Positions 19,001 to 28,198 of a stretch of 64,000 nucleotides of DNA are shown piece after piece (position 1 is the first letter of the stretch; every line of letters starts with the position of its first letter). The stretch lies in the sequence record OK272482.1; one strand, 5' to 3'. Under the pieces are notes generated by a model that worked only from the letters and a program-made list of their open reading frames with translations, did no database searches and had not been told where the DNA came from. A program made the position numbers and the translations under genes. The DNA comes from Escherichia phage JLBYU08.

Positions 19001-19347
19001 CACAAGAACGTATCGATTTGGCTAATAAGTTTGTAGATCTCATTTTGCCACGGTTAGTTACTCAACATGCAGATGCTATTTCTACTAATCTTGATGGCTT
19101 ACGCCTAATGCTGAATCGCACAGATGACCCTCGTATTCGGGCTGATTTAGAAGCCTCTGCCAACAAACTGGAAAAGTTCTTGCAAGTAGACACGCAAGAA
19201 GCCTTGCACAAGATTATGGTGGAAGGTTTCTCTAAAGAATTTACCATTAAAGAGCTTAAGGAGCTGATCCACCAAGAAGAGATGAATATCCGAGTTCAGG
19301 CTGTTGCAAGCAGCATGGAAGCGGCTATTGAAAAACTGTTGCAGTAA
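18997..19347 (+). CDS. hypothetical protein (helical)
   Basis: 116 aa; GTG start overlapping upstream stop. Confidence 0.5.
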   Translation: MTQERIDLANKFVDLILPRLVTQHADAISTNLDGLRLMLNRTDDPRIRADLEASANKLEKFLQVDTQEALHKIMVEGFSKEFTIKELKELIHQEEMNIRVQAVASSMEAAIEKLLQ

Positions 19348-19385
19348 AAGTACTTGGCACATCTCAATCTGAAAGGAGTCCCAAC

Positions 19386-20174
19386 ATGGGTCGAGCTAAA
19401 GAAACAAAACGCATGCGTGATGAAGCTAGAGAGGCTCGCAAATCTGATCGCCTGCGTAAGGCTGCTGAGAAATTTGCTGACGAAAGAGAGCACACCGCTC
19501 CAGCTCTCCGACCAATGAATAAGAAGCAGCAAAAGTATCTTGATTATCTAGGGTCACGTAAGATTATTATTGTAAACGGTGTGTTTGGATCCGGTAAGAC
19601 ATTCATGGCATCTGCATATGCAGGTGATCTTCTGCGTAAGAACGAGATTGATAAGATTATTGTTGCACGTCCTTACGTTCAGACAGGAAAGACTTCAGGA
19701 TTTAAACCTGGAAATGCAATGCAGAAACTGTGGCCCTATCTTCGAAGCATGATGGACACGATTTGTCGTCGTGTTGGCAAAGGTGCTTTTGCCGCAATGC
19801 TGGGAGACGGTCAGAACAGCCGTATCGAGATTTGTGAAGTTGAAAGCATTCGTGGTCGTAGTTTCGATGAGCGATGCTTTGTCCTGATTGACGAGGCACA
19901 GCAAACTAACCCTGAAGAAATGTTGTCAATTATCACAAGGATCTCTGATCAAGCCACCCTTGTAATTATGGGTGATAATAGCCAACGTGACATCCCTGGT
20001 AAATCTGGCCTTGCATGGGTGACGGATTTCTTTACTCGTCATCCAGATCCTGAGGTTGGAATGATCAGCTTTGATAGTCCAGACGATGTCGTTCGTTCTG
20101 GGTTGGGTCGTCAGATCGCACTCAATCTTATTGAGGATCGTGCAAATCATATTTGGACCCCTGTTTCCGAGTAA
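19386..20174 (+). CDS. phoH: PhoH-like ATPase
   Basis: 262 aa; Walker A GVFGSGKTFMA, Walker B VLIDEAQ, typical PhoH length. Confidence 0.9.
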   Translation: MGRAKETKRMRDEAREARKSDRLRKAAEKFADEREHTAPALRPMNKKQQKYLDYLGSRKIIIVNGVFGSGKTFMASAYAGDLLRKNEIDKIIVARPYVQTGKTSGFKPGNAMQKLWPYLRSMMDTICRRVGKGAFAAMLGDGQNSRIEICEVESIRGRSFDERCFVLIDEAQQTNPEEMLSIITRISDQATLVIMGDNSQRDIPGKSGLAWVTDFFTRHPDPEVGMISFDSPDDVVRSGLGRQIALNLIEDRANHIWTPVSE

Positions 20175-20180
20175 TACAGA

Positions 20181-20200
20181 AGGGTGGTTATTCCACCCTT
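20181..20200 (+). terminator. terminator-like hairpin after phoH
   Basis: AGGGTGG-TTATT-CCACCCT; weak T tract. Confidence 0.5.
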
Positions 20201-20218
20201 AAATATCTAAAACAGTTG

Positions 20219-20247
20219 TTGACAAATAGGTAAGCTTTAGATATTAT
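20219..20247 (+). promoter_or_regulatory. sigma70-type promoter
   Basis: TTGACA-N17-TATTAT. Confidence 0.6.
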
Positions 20248-20275
20248 TATCGGACAAAACAGAGAGAAGGACAGT

Positions 20276-20587
20276 ATGGCTACAATACAAGAGAAACTGA
20301 ATAAAATATACTGCCTGTTTGTCTATAACGGCGAGACAATTTTGGCAAATAAGGGATCCAAGAATGTGTGGACCAAGGACAGCGGTGGTAATATAATTAA
20401 CTTAGCGTTGCTACGTGAGCGCCGACACAGATTCTTTATCGAGTCTCGAATTATTGAAAGCAGCACTTGCTACAGAACAGGCGATAAAGTAATTGTTGAC
20501 AATGATACGTGGTATGTGGTAGACTGGCAATCATTGAGTTGTGATGCTTCTGACAATCGTAAGTATTCCATAGTGATTGCTAAATAA
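20276..20587 (+). CDS. hypothetical protein
   Basis: 103 aa; follows terminator 20181-20200 and promoter 20219-20247. Confidence 0.5.
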   Translation: MATIQEKLNKIYCLFVYNGETILANKGSKNVWTKDSGGNIINLALLRERRHRFFIESRIIESSTCYRTGDKVIVDNDTWYVVDWQSLSCDASDNRKYSIVIAK

Positions 20588-20647
20588 AGGTAAATGTGAA
20601 TCAGGTTTAAATAAATAGCTTTCAACTTCCAATATTAAGGATTTCTC

Positions 20648-21697
20648 ATGAATTTAACACCTCGCAGAACCATGGTACACGGCATGAAAGAAAAACAGAA
20701 CGGTTTCGAACCTATGAGTAATAAAATGTTTGGTATGCCGGGCGGTATCATGGAAACATACAGCTACCCAACACCTGTTGTTGACCACGTTCTTTATATC
20801 GACGATTTGGAAGACTTACAAGATCATATGTCTCGTCTGCAGACGATCCGTATGGCTCAGCCGGAAGAAAGCATTCGGGTGATCATCAATAGCACTGGGG
20901 GTTGCGTGCACATTGCAATGGCTTATCTGCAGGCATTCCGAGAGTCTCAGGCAAGCGTTGTTGCACATGCTGAAGGGATGTGCTGCTCTGCTGGAACAAT
21001 CTTATGGCTTGGTTGTAAAGAACGTACTGTGGCTCCGGACACAGAGTTTATGTTCCACTACTATCAAGGTGGCACTTATGGTAACGGTGTGAACATGAAT
21101 ACTCAGGTCAGCTACTGGAAAAAACGTTTTGAACGCCTGATCGAAAAATACTACGGTGGGGTGCTGACAGAAGATGAGATCGCATCCATCACAGCTGGTG
21201 GCGAAGTGTGGTTGGACGGAGAAGAGCTGGCAGCACGCACTGGAGCTATTATTCTGGATGAAGGCAACATACAACGCATCCAGAACGGACAAAAACCGAA
21301 AAATCTTCTGGCAAAAGGTGATGAAGAAGGCGTGTTAGGTGAAGCAGGTCTTCCGGAGATTCACCAGTGCACATCTTTAGATGAGTTAGTTCATGCTGTT
21401 GAATCTGCAAAAGCGGGTGGTTCGAAAGGTGATGTTCACACTGTGTTCCTGAATCTGCAGATGGAAAGTGGCGAGACCGTCAGAATTGCCCTGAGTGAGA
21501 TTACTTCAGAAGATCTGCAGAGATTCTCTGTCGTTGAACTTCAGGATATTCTGTCTCAATTGAAGACTACTCTGAACGGCGGTGAAGAGGTTAAGGTGAA
21601 AGATAAGACTCGCAAGCGTCTGGTGGACAATATTATTAAAACAGCAAAAGAGCTCAATGAAAAAATCCTGGGTGCAGGAATTGTCGAAGAAGCTTAA
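20648..21697 (+). CDS. ClpP-family (S14) serine protease with about 150-aa C-terminal extension
   Basis: IRVIINSTGGCVHIAMAYLQ, catalytic-Ser context GMCCSAGTILW, His context FMFHYYQGG; the acidic/helical C-terminal half has no ClpP counterpart. Confidence 0.7.
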   Translation: MNLTPRRTMVHGMKEKQNGFEPMSNKMFGMPGGIMETYSYPTPVVDHVLYIDDLEDLQDHMSRLQTIRMAQPEESIRVIINSTGGCVHIAMAYLQAFRESQASVVAHAEGMCCSAGTILWLGCKERTVAPDTEFMFHYYQGGTYGNGVNMNTQVSYWKKRFERLIEKYYGGVLTEDEIASITAGGEVWLDGEELAARTGAIILDEGNIQRIQNGQKPKNLLAKGDEEGVLGEAGLPEIHQCTSLDELVHAVESAKAGGSKGDVHTVFLNLQMESGETVRIALSEITSEDLQRFSVVELQDILSQLKTTLNGGEEVKVKDKTRKRLVDNIIKTAKELNEKILGAGIVEEA

Positions 21698-21710
21698 ACA
21701 TTAATTCTAA

Positions 21711-21733
21711 AGCCCTCTTCGGAGGGCTTTTAT
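21711..21733 (+). terminator. rho-independent terminator
   Basis: AGCCCTC-TTCG-GAGGGCT followed by TTTTA. Confidence 0.7.
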
Positions 21734-21748
21734 GATCTGGAGATTTGC

Positions 21749-22282
21749 ATGACTTGTGCTAGAAAACCTGATGAACAACGTAACGCCTACGATGAGTATG
21801 TGACACCGGAGTGGTGTGCAGAAGGGCTGTATGACCTTATTCCGTTCCCAGAAGACTGGACCTACTTAGAGCCTTGCAGGAATAGTGCCTCAGGTGTGTT
21901 CTACTCCCGTATGCCGTTAGGATCTGCATGGGGAGAAATACAAGAAGGTGTTGACTATCTGAATACAGAATACAACCATGTTGACTGTATTATCACCAAC
22001 CCACCATACAGCCTGGCTCGTGAGTTTGTAGACAAGGCGTTGAAAGATGCTGACGTAGTTATTATGCTTTTGCGTCTTAATTTTCTGGAAAGCAAAGCCA
22101 GATTTGAATGGTGGCTTGATAATGCACCTACTACTGTGATCACAATATCTAAGCGTCCATCATTTCAATCAAACGGCAGAACTGACGGGCAAGCATATGC
22201 ATATTTTGTGTGGGATAAGAAAAACCGTTTAGACTTGCCGCCGTTTATGTGGTTGGCACCCCCAGAGGTAGACCTGAAATGA
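21749..22282 (+). CDS. small N6-adenine DNA methyltransferase
   Basis: 177 aa; catalytic motif IITNPPYSLAREF; YVTPEW near N-terminus, as in phage orphan adenine MTases. Confidence 0.7.
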   Translation: MTCARKPDEQRNAYDEYVTPEWCAEGLYDLIPFPEDWTYLEPCRNSASGVFYSRMPLGSAWGEIQEGVDYLNTEYNHVDCIITNPPYSLAREFVDKALKDADVVIMLLRLNFLESKARFEWWLDNAPTTVITISKRPSFQSNGRTDGQAYAYFVWDKKNRLDLPPFMWLAPPEVDLK

Positions 22283-22563
22283 AAATGAGTGCTAAGGACA
22301 AATTACACCAGTTAGCGCTAAAACGCCCTGTAACGCTCCCTGACGAGCTTAACTCCATTTATGATGCGATTGTAGGGGAGATACAAAATAAAGCGTTAGC
22401 AGGCTTTCTGGGGTGCGGATTTTCGATAAATCTACCCTCGCATCTCTCAGATTACTTCCCGCACATTGTTGGAGATTTAAGGGCAGGAGGTCTGCAGGTA
22501 GATGTTGTTGGCATCTCCCCAGAGAAAAATAATACGGTTGCCTACTTGACAGTAACCTGGTAG
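22279..22563 (+). CDS. hypothetical protein
   Basis: 94 aa from ATG 22279; ATGA overlap with MTase stop. Confidence 0.5.
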   Translation: MKMSAKDKLHQLALKRPVTLPDELNSIYDAIVGEIQNKALAGFLGCGFSINLPSHLSDYFPHIVGDLRAGGLQVDVVGISPEKNNTVAYLTVTW

Positions 22564-22599
22564 TTGTGTATTGTTGTTTTCAACAAGAGGGGGTCATTT

Positions 22600-22839
22600 A
22601 TGTACAAGTCATTTTCAATCTACTCAAGACAGGCGAAACACTACACAGAGATCCTGATCACTCAGAAAAAATCTGTGGAAGGTGAGTGGGAATATCACCA
22701 TAAAATGTTGCGTCCAGACTGGGTTTTTGATAGACTTATTGCTATGATCCCTCTCGGAGAAGTATACCCTCTGACAGCCCATCGCGATGCTTGGGATTTA
22801 ATTGATTACATAGATTCATTTAAGGAGCCTAGATTATGA
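22600..22839 (+). CDS. hypothetical protein
   Basis: 79 aa from ATG 22600 (RBS AGAGGGGG). Confidence 0.5.
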   Translation: MYKSFSIYSRQAKHYTEILITQKKSVEGEWEYHHKMLRPDWVFDRLIAMIPLGEVYPLTAHRDAWDLIDYIDSFKEPRL

Positions 22840-23234
22840 AGATTGAGATTACTAAAGAAGGTAAGAAAGTGTCCGGCAACTATGCAACAGTAATTCGGGA
22901 TTTAATGTTTGAAGCCACCAAGATCGGTACATCTAAAGTTGGTCAAACTGTTAGTGTGAAAAGTAATATCTCCACAGGAGAGAAGGTATTCATTGTGGTC
23001 AAAGGGCAGGATCCCGTGGAAGGAACAGTGGGCCGAGGTGGCTACCTGTGCATTTCTGAAGAGCCGCGTATGTTAGTGGCTGACGCTACTATGGGTGGGA
23101 AACGTGTGTGCGAGGCGGATGAGGTAATGATTATCCAACCTGTTGATCCAGATGACCCAGCAACTTGGGTGGTAGGAAATGAAATCTTCTCTTTAGAAGA
23201 GTTATCCTTCCCAGCACCGCGCTCTGTTCAGTAA
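22836..23234 (+). CDS. hypothetical protein
   Basis: 132 aa; ATGA overlap; starts MKIEIT like the small-protein family. Confidence 0.5.
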   Translation: MKIEITKEGKKVSGNYATVIRDLMFEATKIGTSKVGQTVSVKSNISTGEKVFIVVKGQDPVEGTVGRGGYLCISEEPRMLVADATMGGKRVCEADEVMIIQPVDPDDPATWVVGNEIFSLEELSFPAPRSVQ

Positions 23235-23271
23235 TAATTTATCTTACCAGGGACGGTAGGTAGGAGGTAGC

Positions 23272-23505
23272 ATGAAAGTTAAATTTCTTACAGATTTAGG
23301 GTACCCTTCCTTGGTTGACTGTGTTGGTAAAATTGTGGAAGCAAAACGGCTATCTGCAAACGAGAATGTTGTCCTGGTTAAAGGGAAGGATTTACTAGCT
23401 GCAGGTGCAGAGTCTGGCAGGATCTCTCCTGATTATATGTATTACCTATCTTTAAGTAATCTGCCAGAGCGAGGCGGTAAAGGCCTTGAAGTTGTGGAGG
23501 AGTGA
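23272..23505 (+). CDS. small acidic protein, family A (MKVK...KGxDLxAAGA...EVVEE)
   Basis: 77 aa; RBS AGGAGG; shares N-terminal, central and C-terminal motifs with 26922, 27139, 29015, 29283. Confidence 0.6.
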   Translation: MKVKFLTDLGYPSLVDCVGKIVEAKRLSANENVVLVKGKDLLAAGAESGRISPDYMYYLSLSNLPERGGKGLEVVEE

Positions 23506-23510
23506 CAGGT

Positions 23511-24047
23511 ATGCTTCTGATTAACTGGGAAGACCTCTATGGGGACAAAGACCCTGTTGCGTTTGTTGATCGTAGGTGGAGATACACTGAAGAACAACTG
23601 GCGGCAAAAAATTTAACTGCAAAACGCAGAAAGATCATCCAGTGCAAGTACAAATACGCACAGTTTGCTGCAAAAGTGTCTCCACAAATCGAGAGCTTTG
23701 TGCTTAAATTGTATGACGAGTACCTCAAATTCAAATTGGATTTTGTGCAGGTGTACCGTGCACAGGTACGACCAGATACCAACATATGTAGATGGAAGGT
23801 TGTTTGTGAAGGTAAAGATTTGCCGCTCAGCTTGACAATTGAGTGGCGTTATGGGTATCATGAGTGTGGTCTGTATGATATTTGGGATGTCATTGTAGAT
23901 CCTGCTAAGCATCTGAACACAGAGGAGCTGGAATATATCAATAAGGTTATTCTCGATATGTTTTTCAGCTACACACATGAAAACTCTGAGAAAGAACGGG
24001 ATAATTTTCTTGACACCCTCAGCGACCATTTGCAGTGTACAATTTAA
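23511..24047 (+). CDS. hypothetical protein
   Basis: 178 aa from ATG 23511 (the track uses GTG 23502). Confidence 0.5.
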   Translation: MLLINWEDLYGDKDPVAFVDRRWRYTEEQLAAKNLTAKRRKIIQCKYKYAQFAAKVSPQIESFVLKLYDEYLKFKLDFVQVYRAQVRPDTNICRWKVVCEGKDLPLSLTIEWRYGYHECGLYDIWDVIVDPAKHLNTEELEYINKVILDMFFSYTHENSEKERDNFLDTLSDHLQCTI

Positions 24048-24065
24048 CCTACAAAGGGAGGACCA

Positions 24066-24293
24066 ATGAGTATAAATGTTGTGCTAATAGCTTACCTGGT
24101 AATGTCCGTTATAACAGCGGTATTCTTGACAGGTGTATGCATCGTGTCCAGACGAAGGGTGAAGTTTGATGATTTTATCACCATCATTACTGCTGCACCT
24201 TTTTGGCCTGTTGTTATCTTCATCGTAATAATGTGCCTAGTTTATTACTACAAGAATATCAGGAAGGAGAGTAGAGATGGAGACCGCACCTAA
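24066..24293 (+). CDS. small membrane protein (2 predicted TM)
   Basis: 75 aa; two hydrophobic stretches; RBS AGGGAGG. Confidence 0.55.
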   Translation: MSINVVLIAYLVMSVITAVFLTGVCIVSRRRVKFDDFITIITAAPFWPVVIFIVIMCLVYYYKNIRKESRDGDRT

Positions 24294-24429
24294 AACTATC
24301 TATACTGTTCTTAAAGAGATTGCGTTCTACGCAGATCTTAGCCAGGCACCTTTATGGGAAAAGAGCATGTATTTAAAATGGTGCGTTAATTTAGGGAGAC
24401 CTTCTAGTGTTTCAAGCCATGTTTATTGA
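24277..24429 (+). CDS. hypothetical 50-aa protein
   Basis: Not in the track; RBS AGGAAGGAG; overlaps upstream gene end. Confidence 0.35.
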   Translation: METAPKTIYTVLKEIAFYADLSQAPLWEKSMYLKWCVNLGRPSSVSSHVY

Positions 24430-24512
24430 GATGCTATCTGGGATATTGTTACTGGTAGCCATCTTAGGTGGTGCAGTTCTGATGTATAACTATCTTGAAA
24501 AAGGAGACAGCA

Positions 24513-24698
24513 ATGGCAAAAAATAAATCTTTAGAGCAGGCTGAAAACCTTCTCCACGAGCTGGTAAAGGAGTGGAAAGTTGAATACTTAGATTTTAATG
24601 CACGAGAGGGTGAAGATTATTGGCCTACGGAGCGCTCAGAGGGCGAATGGTATCAAGATTTCATAGAGTGGTTATATCAGACGTGCGATGAGGGGTGA
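24513..24698 (+). CDS. hypothetical acidic protein
   Basis: 61 aa from ATG 24513 (RBS AAAGGAG). Confidence 0.5.
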   Translation: MAKNKSLEQAENLLHELVKEWKVEYLDFNAREGEDYWPTERSEGEWYQDFIEWLYQTCDEG

Positions 24699-25156
24699 CG
24701 ATGTTTGTTAAATATGTAAAAACGTGCCTCAACAATCTTGGTAGAGAGCATTGGTACACCTTGCTTGAAAAAGGAGAAATTTTAACAAAATCTGGAAAGA
24801 TAACTTTAATACCCTTGGACGATAAAGACCCGTCACTACTTATCATAGATGATTACGTTACAGGTGTGTCGTACGAGGTCTCTGTGGGGAGGTTAATACG
24901 CAGATCTGGAGGTCCTTATGACCGAAGAGAGTATGTTTTCGATTCTATTACAGAGAAGGAAGATCCGTCTCTAATGTTTAGGATGGTAATCAGAGATATG
25001 AAATCATCTATAAATAGGATCGTAAAGGACATTAAGGAACCTTTTAGAGTAAAAGTTAAGAAGTTTTTCGATTCTAAGATTAACATACTCGCCGTTGCAC
25101 TAGGTGTAGTTCAACTTCTGTTAATTTTGCACTATTTTGGACTACTATTTAAGTAG
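24695..25156 (+). CDS. hypothetical protein with C-terminal TM anchor
   Basis: 153 aa; ATGA overlap; C-terminal ILAVALGVVQLLLILHYFGLLF. Confidence 0.5.
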   Translation: MTMFVKYVKTCLNNLGREHWYTLLEKGEILTKSGKITLIPLDDKDPSLLIIDDYVTGVSYEVSVGRLIRRSGGPYDRREYVFDSITEKEDPSLMFRMVIRDMKSSINRIVKDIKEPFRVKVKKFFDSKINILAVALGVVQLLLILHYFGLLFK

Positions 25157-25218
25157 TGGTTGAGATATGGCACAAAGGATGTGCCATAGTGAAATAAACT
25201 AAGAAAGAGGTAGAGAGA

Positions 25219-25566
25219 ATGCCAAAGATTAAAACGTTATTAATGTGGGTAGCTGTTTTAGCTTTTATAGGGTACTGGACTTGGGAAACTGAATTAAAAG
25301 ATATCGGATATACCAGTCTTGAGAGCAAGGCGTGCATTGGTATAACCGATGCATTCAGGCAAAATGCTATGGATCACGAATGTGTTGATGCAGATATAGA
25401 TGAGAAACTGTCTAAGGACAAGGATTTTTACCATGGGCATGCTTTGCTTGATAGTGGTGACACTGTAGAGTTCTGGTCGTGGTTCCGTGAAGATGGAACA
25501 ATAAAAACAGCAGTAAAGATCTCTAACAAAGAGTTAATGCTGTTGCAGCAGAAGGAGGCTCAATGA
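25219..25566 (+). CDS. hypothetical protein with N-terminal TM/signal segment
   Basis: 115 aa; LLMWVAVLAFIGYW near N-terminus. Confidence 0.5.
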   Translation: MPKIKTLLMWVAVLAFIGYWTWETELKDIGYTSLESKACIGITDAFRQNAMDHECVDADIDEKLSKDKDFYHGHALLDSGDTVEFWSWFREDGTIKTAVKISNKELMLLQQKEAQ

Positions 25567-25850
25567 TCTGGATATCCTATACTGATGGCACCATGCTGTA
25601 TACTGCAGGTACCCGATATGAGGTTCAGGAGGACGATAAAAAATTTATCGTAAAAACATTTGACAAGGACGACAACCTTTTGCTAGAATTGACTTACAAG
25701 GTTGGAGAGGTATCCGATATCCAATTGGATTGTGGTCATAAAGATAATCCACTCAAAAAACCTGGAATAGGCAAGGCTTCAGAAGAACGTTTGTCTCGTA
25801 TTGCAGAAAGCGTTTCTCCCCAAAAATCTAAGAAGAGGAGTAGAAAATGA
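25563..25850 (+). CDS. hypothetical protein
   Basis: 95 aa; ATGA overlaps on both sides. Confidence 0.5.
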   Translation: MIWISYTDGTMLYTAGTRYEVQEDDKKFIVKTFDKDDNLLLELTYKVGEVSDIQLDCGHKDNPLKKPGIGKASEERLSRIAESVSPQKSKKRSRK

Positions 25851-26047
25851 GTGACAAAATTCTTAAATTTAATACCTACTATGAGAATGATTTGAACGAT
25901 CTGTATTATATAGTGCGTAGCGAAAACCCGAATGTAGTACTGTTTTGCCGAGAACCTTTCAAAGGAGAGGAGATTGAATCTACCATGAATGTGGATCAGA
26001 TTTCACACCTGCTGCTCCTTGGATCATTAAAAGAGGCAGTATTCTAA
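25847..26047 (+). CDS. hypothetical protein
   Basis: 66 aa; ATGA overlap. Confidence 0.5.
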   Translation: MSDKILKFNTYYENDLNDLYYIVRSENPNVVLFCREPFKGEEIESTMNVDQISHLLLLGSLKEAVF

Positions 26048-26066
26048 ACCAGGATGGAGGGTTTTT

Positions 26067-26252
26067 ATGAAGCACTATTGTCTGTCTGGTAGGATGGGTG
26101 CAGATTGTGATTGGGTTTTCTTAAAACTTGTCAGTATTCGAGAGTTCATTCCAGAGGAAGAGCAAGAAAGTGAGCTGATGTCATGGATCAACCATTACGG
26201 TAACACTTTTCGGCATGTTAAGGTGGAAGAGTTGCCAAGCGAGGCTGATTGA
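26067..26252 (+). CDS. hypothetical protein
   Basis: 61 aa; RBS GGAGGG. Confidence 0.45.
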   Translation: MKHYCLSGRMGADCDWVFLKLVSIREFIPEEEQESELMSWINHYGNTFRHVKVEELPSEAD

Positions 26253-26254
26253 CT

Positions 26255-26344
26255 ATGATTGCATCAATATTAACGTTTATGGGTGGCGTGGCATTCGGAT
26301 TCATTGTTTGCCTGTTTATAGTGATTATGTCTATGCGAGGCTGA
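26255..26344 (+). CDS. 29-aa hydrophobic micro-peptide
   Basis: Not in the track; MIASILTFMGGVAFGFIVCLFIVIMSMRG; fills the gap between neighbours exactly. Confidence 0.4.
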   Translation: MIASILTFMGGVAFGFIVCLFIVIMSMRG

Positions 26345-26347
26345 ATT

Positions 26348-26641
26348 ATGAAACTTTTTGAGTGGTTTAAAAAGTTTAAATATAAAGCTGTAGCCATCGT
26401 GCCGTGGTCCATTCAGTGGGTGGACGATGATGGATTACCAATTCCAGGTGATAAAGACACGGGATACTGGATCATGCTTGAGAACGGGTTCGGTAAACGG
26501 AAATATTCCTGCACGGATACCTCAGGAGCATCTTTTAGGAGAATTCCTGGGTATAAATGTATGATTGTGTGGAAGATGTCTGGTGTACCTCCGGCCAATG
26601 CACAATATCTTACTACCAATCCAACCACAGAAGAGGACTAG
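26348..26641 (+). CDS. hypothetical protein
   Basis: 97 aa. Confidence 0.5.
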   Translation: MKLFEWFKKFKYKAVAIVPWSIQWVDDDGLPIPGDKDTGYWIMLENGFGKRKYSCTDTSGASFRRIPGYKCMIVWKMSGVPPANAQYLTTNPTTEED

Positions 26642-26643
26642 TA

Positions 26644-26925
26644 ATGAAAAAGATTTGCGATACAGATGTGGAGTTCAAGGTGTGTAGTAAGGAGACCTAT
26701 TGGGAAGTGAGACAAAAGGTATATTTGTTTGGACTTATCCCATATTGGTCTAAATTCTACTGGGGAGCAGATGAATTAGGGAGATATGCCACCAAAGCTA
26801 TGGCGCTTATAGGTATAGCTGAATATATTGCTGCTAGGGACAGGGCTGGAAAAACCTGCTACTACACTGCTGACGAGATTCGTAACAGTGTTTACGTCCC
26901 ACAACCACCTGATGGAGACCGTTGA
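26644..26925 (+). CDS. hypothetical protein
   Basis: 93 aa from ATG 26644; the track start 26557 overlaps the upstream gene. Confidence 0.5.
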   Translation: MKKICDTDVEFKVCSKETYWEVRQKVYLFGLIPYWSKFYWGADELGRYATKAMALIGIAEYIAARDRAGKTCYYTADEIRNSVYVPQPPDGDR

Positions 26926-27149
26926 TGAAAGTTAAAGTTTTAGATTCAAGCTTCTATATTGGTCAGGAGCCTTTAGTAGGGAAAGTGTTTACTGCTGTCC
27001 CTAACGAAGATTACCCTGACCTTTTAAAAATAAAAGGGGCAGATCTTATTGCCGCTGGTGCATCTCAGGACTGCTTTGACAGCCAGTGGGACTACAACTT
27101 TGCCCTAGGTGAGGATGTAGAGATAGTGGAGGACGATCATGAAGGTTAA
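26922..27149 (+). CDS. small acidic protein, family A
   Basis: 75 aa; MMKVKVLDSSFYIGQ...IKGADLIAAGAS...VEIVEDD. Confidence 0.6.
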   Translation: MMKVKVLDSSFYIGQEPLVGKVFTAVPNEDYPDLLKIKGADLIAAGASQDCFDSQWDYNFALGEDVEIVEDDHEG

Positions 27150-27393
27150 AATTCTTGATTCTAACGTCTACTTGGGGCAATCCTTCCTGAAAGGAAAGGT
27201 CGTCCCTGCGGTATACTTTGAAGGGTTGCCGTGGGATGATCCTGTGCGGCAACATCACAGTTATGTAGGCCACAACGTGGTGTTTATTTTAGGATCAGAC
27301 CTGATCACCGCTGGTGCACCTGAATATTATTTCGGGGAAGAGTCCTATTATGCCTTTGGGGTAGGGTCAGATGCAGATATTGTAGAGCTGTGA
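27139..27393 (+). CDS. small acidic protein, family A
   Basis: 84 aa; MKVKILDSNVYLGQ...LGSDLITAGAP...DADIVEL. Confidence 0.6.
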   Translation: MKVKILDSNVYLGQSFLKGKVVPAVYFEGLPWDDPVRQHHSYVGHNVVFILGSDLITAGAPEYYFGEESYYAFGVGSDADIVEL

Positions 27394-27405
27394 TGGGTAA
27401 CCGTT

Positions 27406-27804
27406 GTGAAAAATAAACTGTTCAAAGTTACAATGAAAATTCGCGGAGCTTGGAGCGTAAAGCAAGGGCGTATCCCAGAATTTGAGAAAGACTTCTACGT
27501 AGTCTCCACCTCGGAGGAGGCTGCATGCTGGCAGGCTGGCTATGCCTATGCAAGAACCTGGTACGAAGGATACCAGACTGGGGGCTATGACGGAGAAATT
27601 GTCAGCAAGGGTGTAGAAGAAATTAATGTGTTGACAAGTGAAAAAGTTTTTGTTATAGTGCATCCAGATTCCAGAGTGAAGCATTACTGGAATGCCAGAA
27701 CAAAAACTTGGACACCGTTTGCAGATTCTGCTACTCCACTTTTAAACCAGAAAGCTCTTGACTCTACCCCAAGTTATGGGGTTGTTGAAGAAAAGCTAAA
27801 CTGA
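27406..27804 (+). CDS. hypothetical protein, family B (paralogue of 29615-30010)
   Basis: 132 aa (GTG start, uncertain); shares HPxS...YW(N/D)...WTP...AT.L block with 29615-30010. Confidence 0.55.
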   Translation: MKNKLFKVTMKIRGAWSVKQGRIPEFEKDFYVVSTSEEAACWQAGYAYARTWYEGYQTGGYDGEIVSKGVEEINVLTSEKVFVIVHPDSRVKHYWNARTKTWTPFADSATPLLNQKALDSTPSYGVVEEKLN

Positions 27805-27821
27805 AACAGTGAGGTGTCACC

Positions 27822-28112
27822 ATGATGGATTTAATTCTAAATATTGATAACGCAGGAGAGTTTAAAGACGATGGTGTAACAAGCATGGACAAACCCTGCT
27901 CTGCTAAGGTTGACTCAAAATGGACCTATAAGTTTGATGGAGAGATCTTCGCAAATGATGAGAAGGTTGTAGATGCTGCAGCCATTTTGAACGCTCTAGG
28001 TTACGACCCTGTGAATTCTTTGATCAAGGATCCTGTTGAGTTTGCGGAGTATGTTCGAAAAATGGCAGATCTTGCTGTAGATATTTTAAAAACTATCGAC
28101 AACAAGCTATAA
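27822..28112 (+). CDS. hypothetical acidic protein
   Basis: 96 aa; RBS GAGGTG. Confidence 0.5.
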   Translation: MMDLILNIDNAGEFKDDGVTSMDKPCSAKVDSKWTYKFDGEIFANDEKVVDAAAILNALGYDPVNSLIKDPVEFAEYVRKMADLAVDILKTIDNKL

Positions 28113-28117
28113 AACTG

Positions 28118-28146
28118 TTGACACAATGCTTCAGCTATAGTATTAT
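28118..28146 (+). promoter_or_regulatory. sigma70-type promoter of hpf
   Basis: TTGACA-N17-TATTAT. The leader contains hairpin AGAGAGA-N10-TCTCTCT. Confidence 0.6.
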
Positions 28147-28198
28147 TGTTTTCAAAGAGAGATGGTTGTTACTCTCTCTTCCTTAAAAGGAGCACGTT

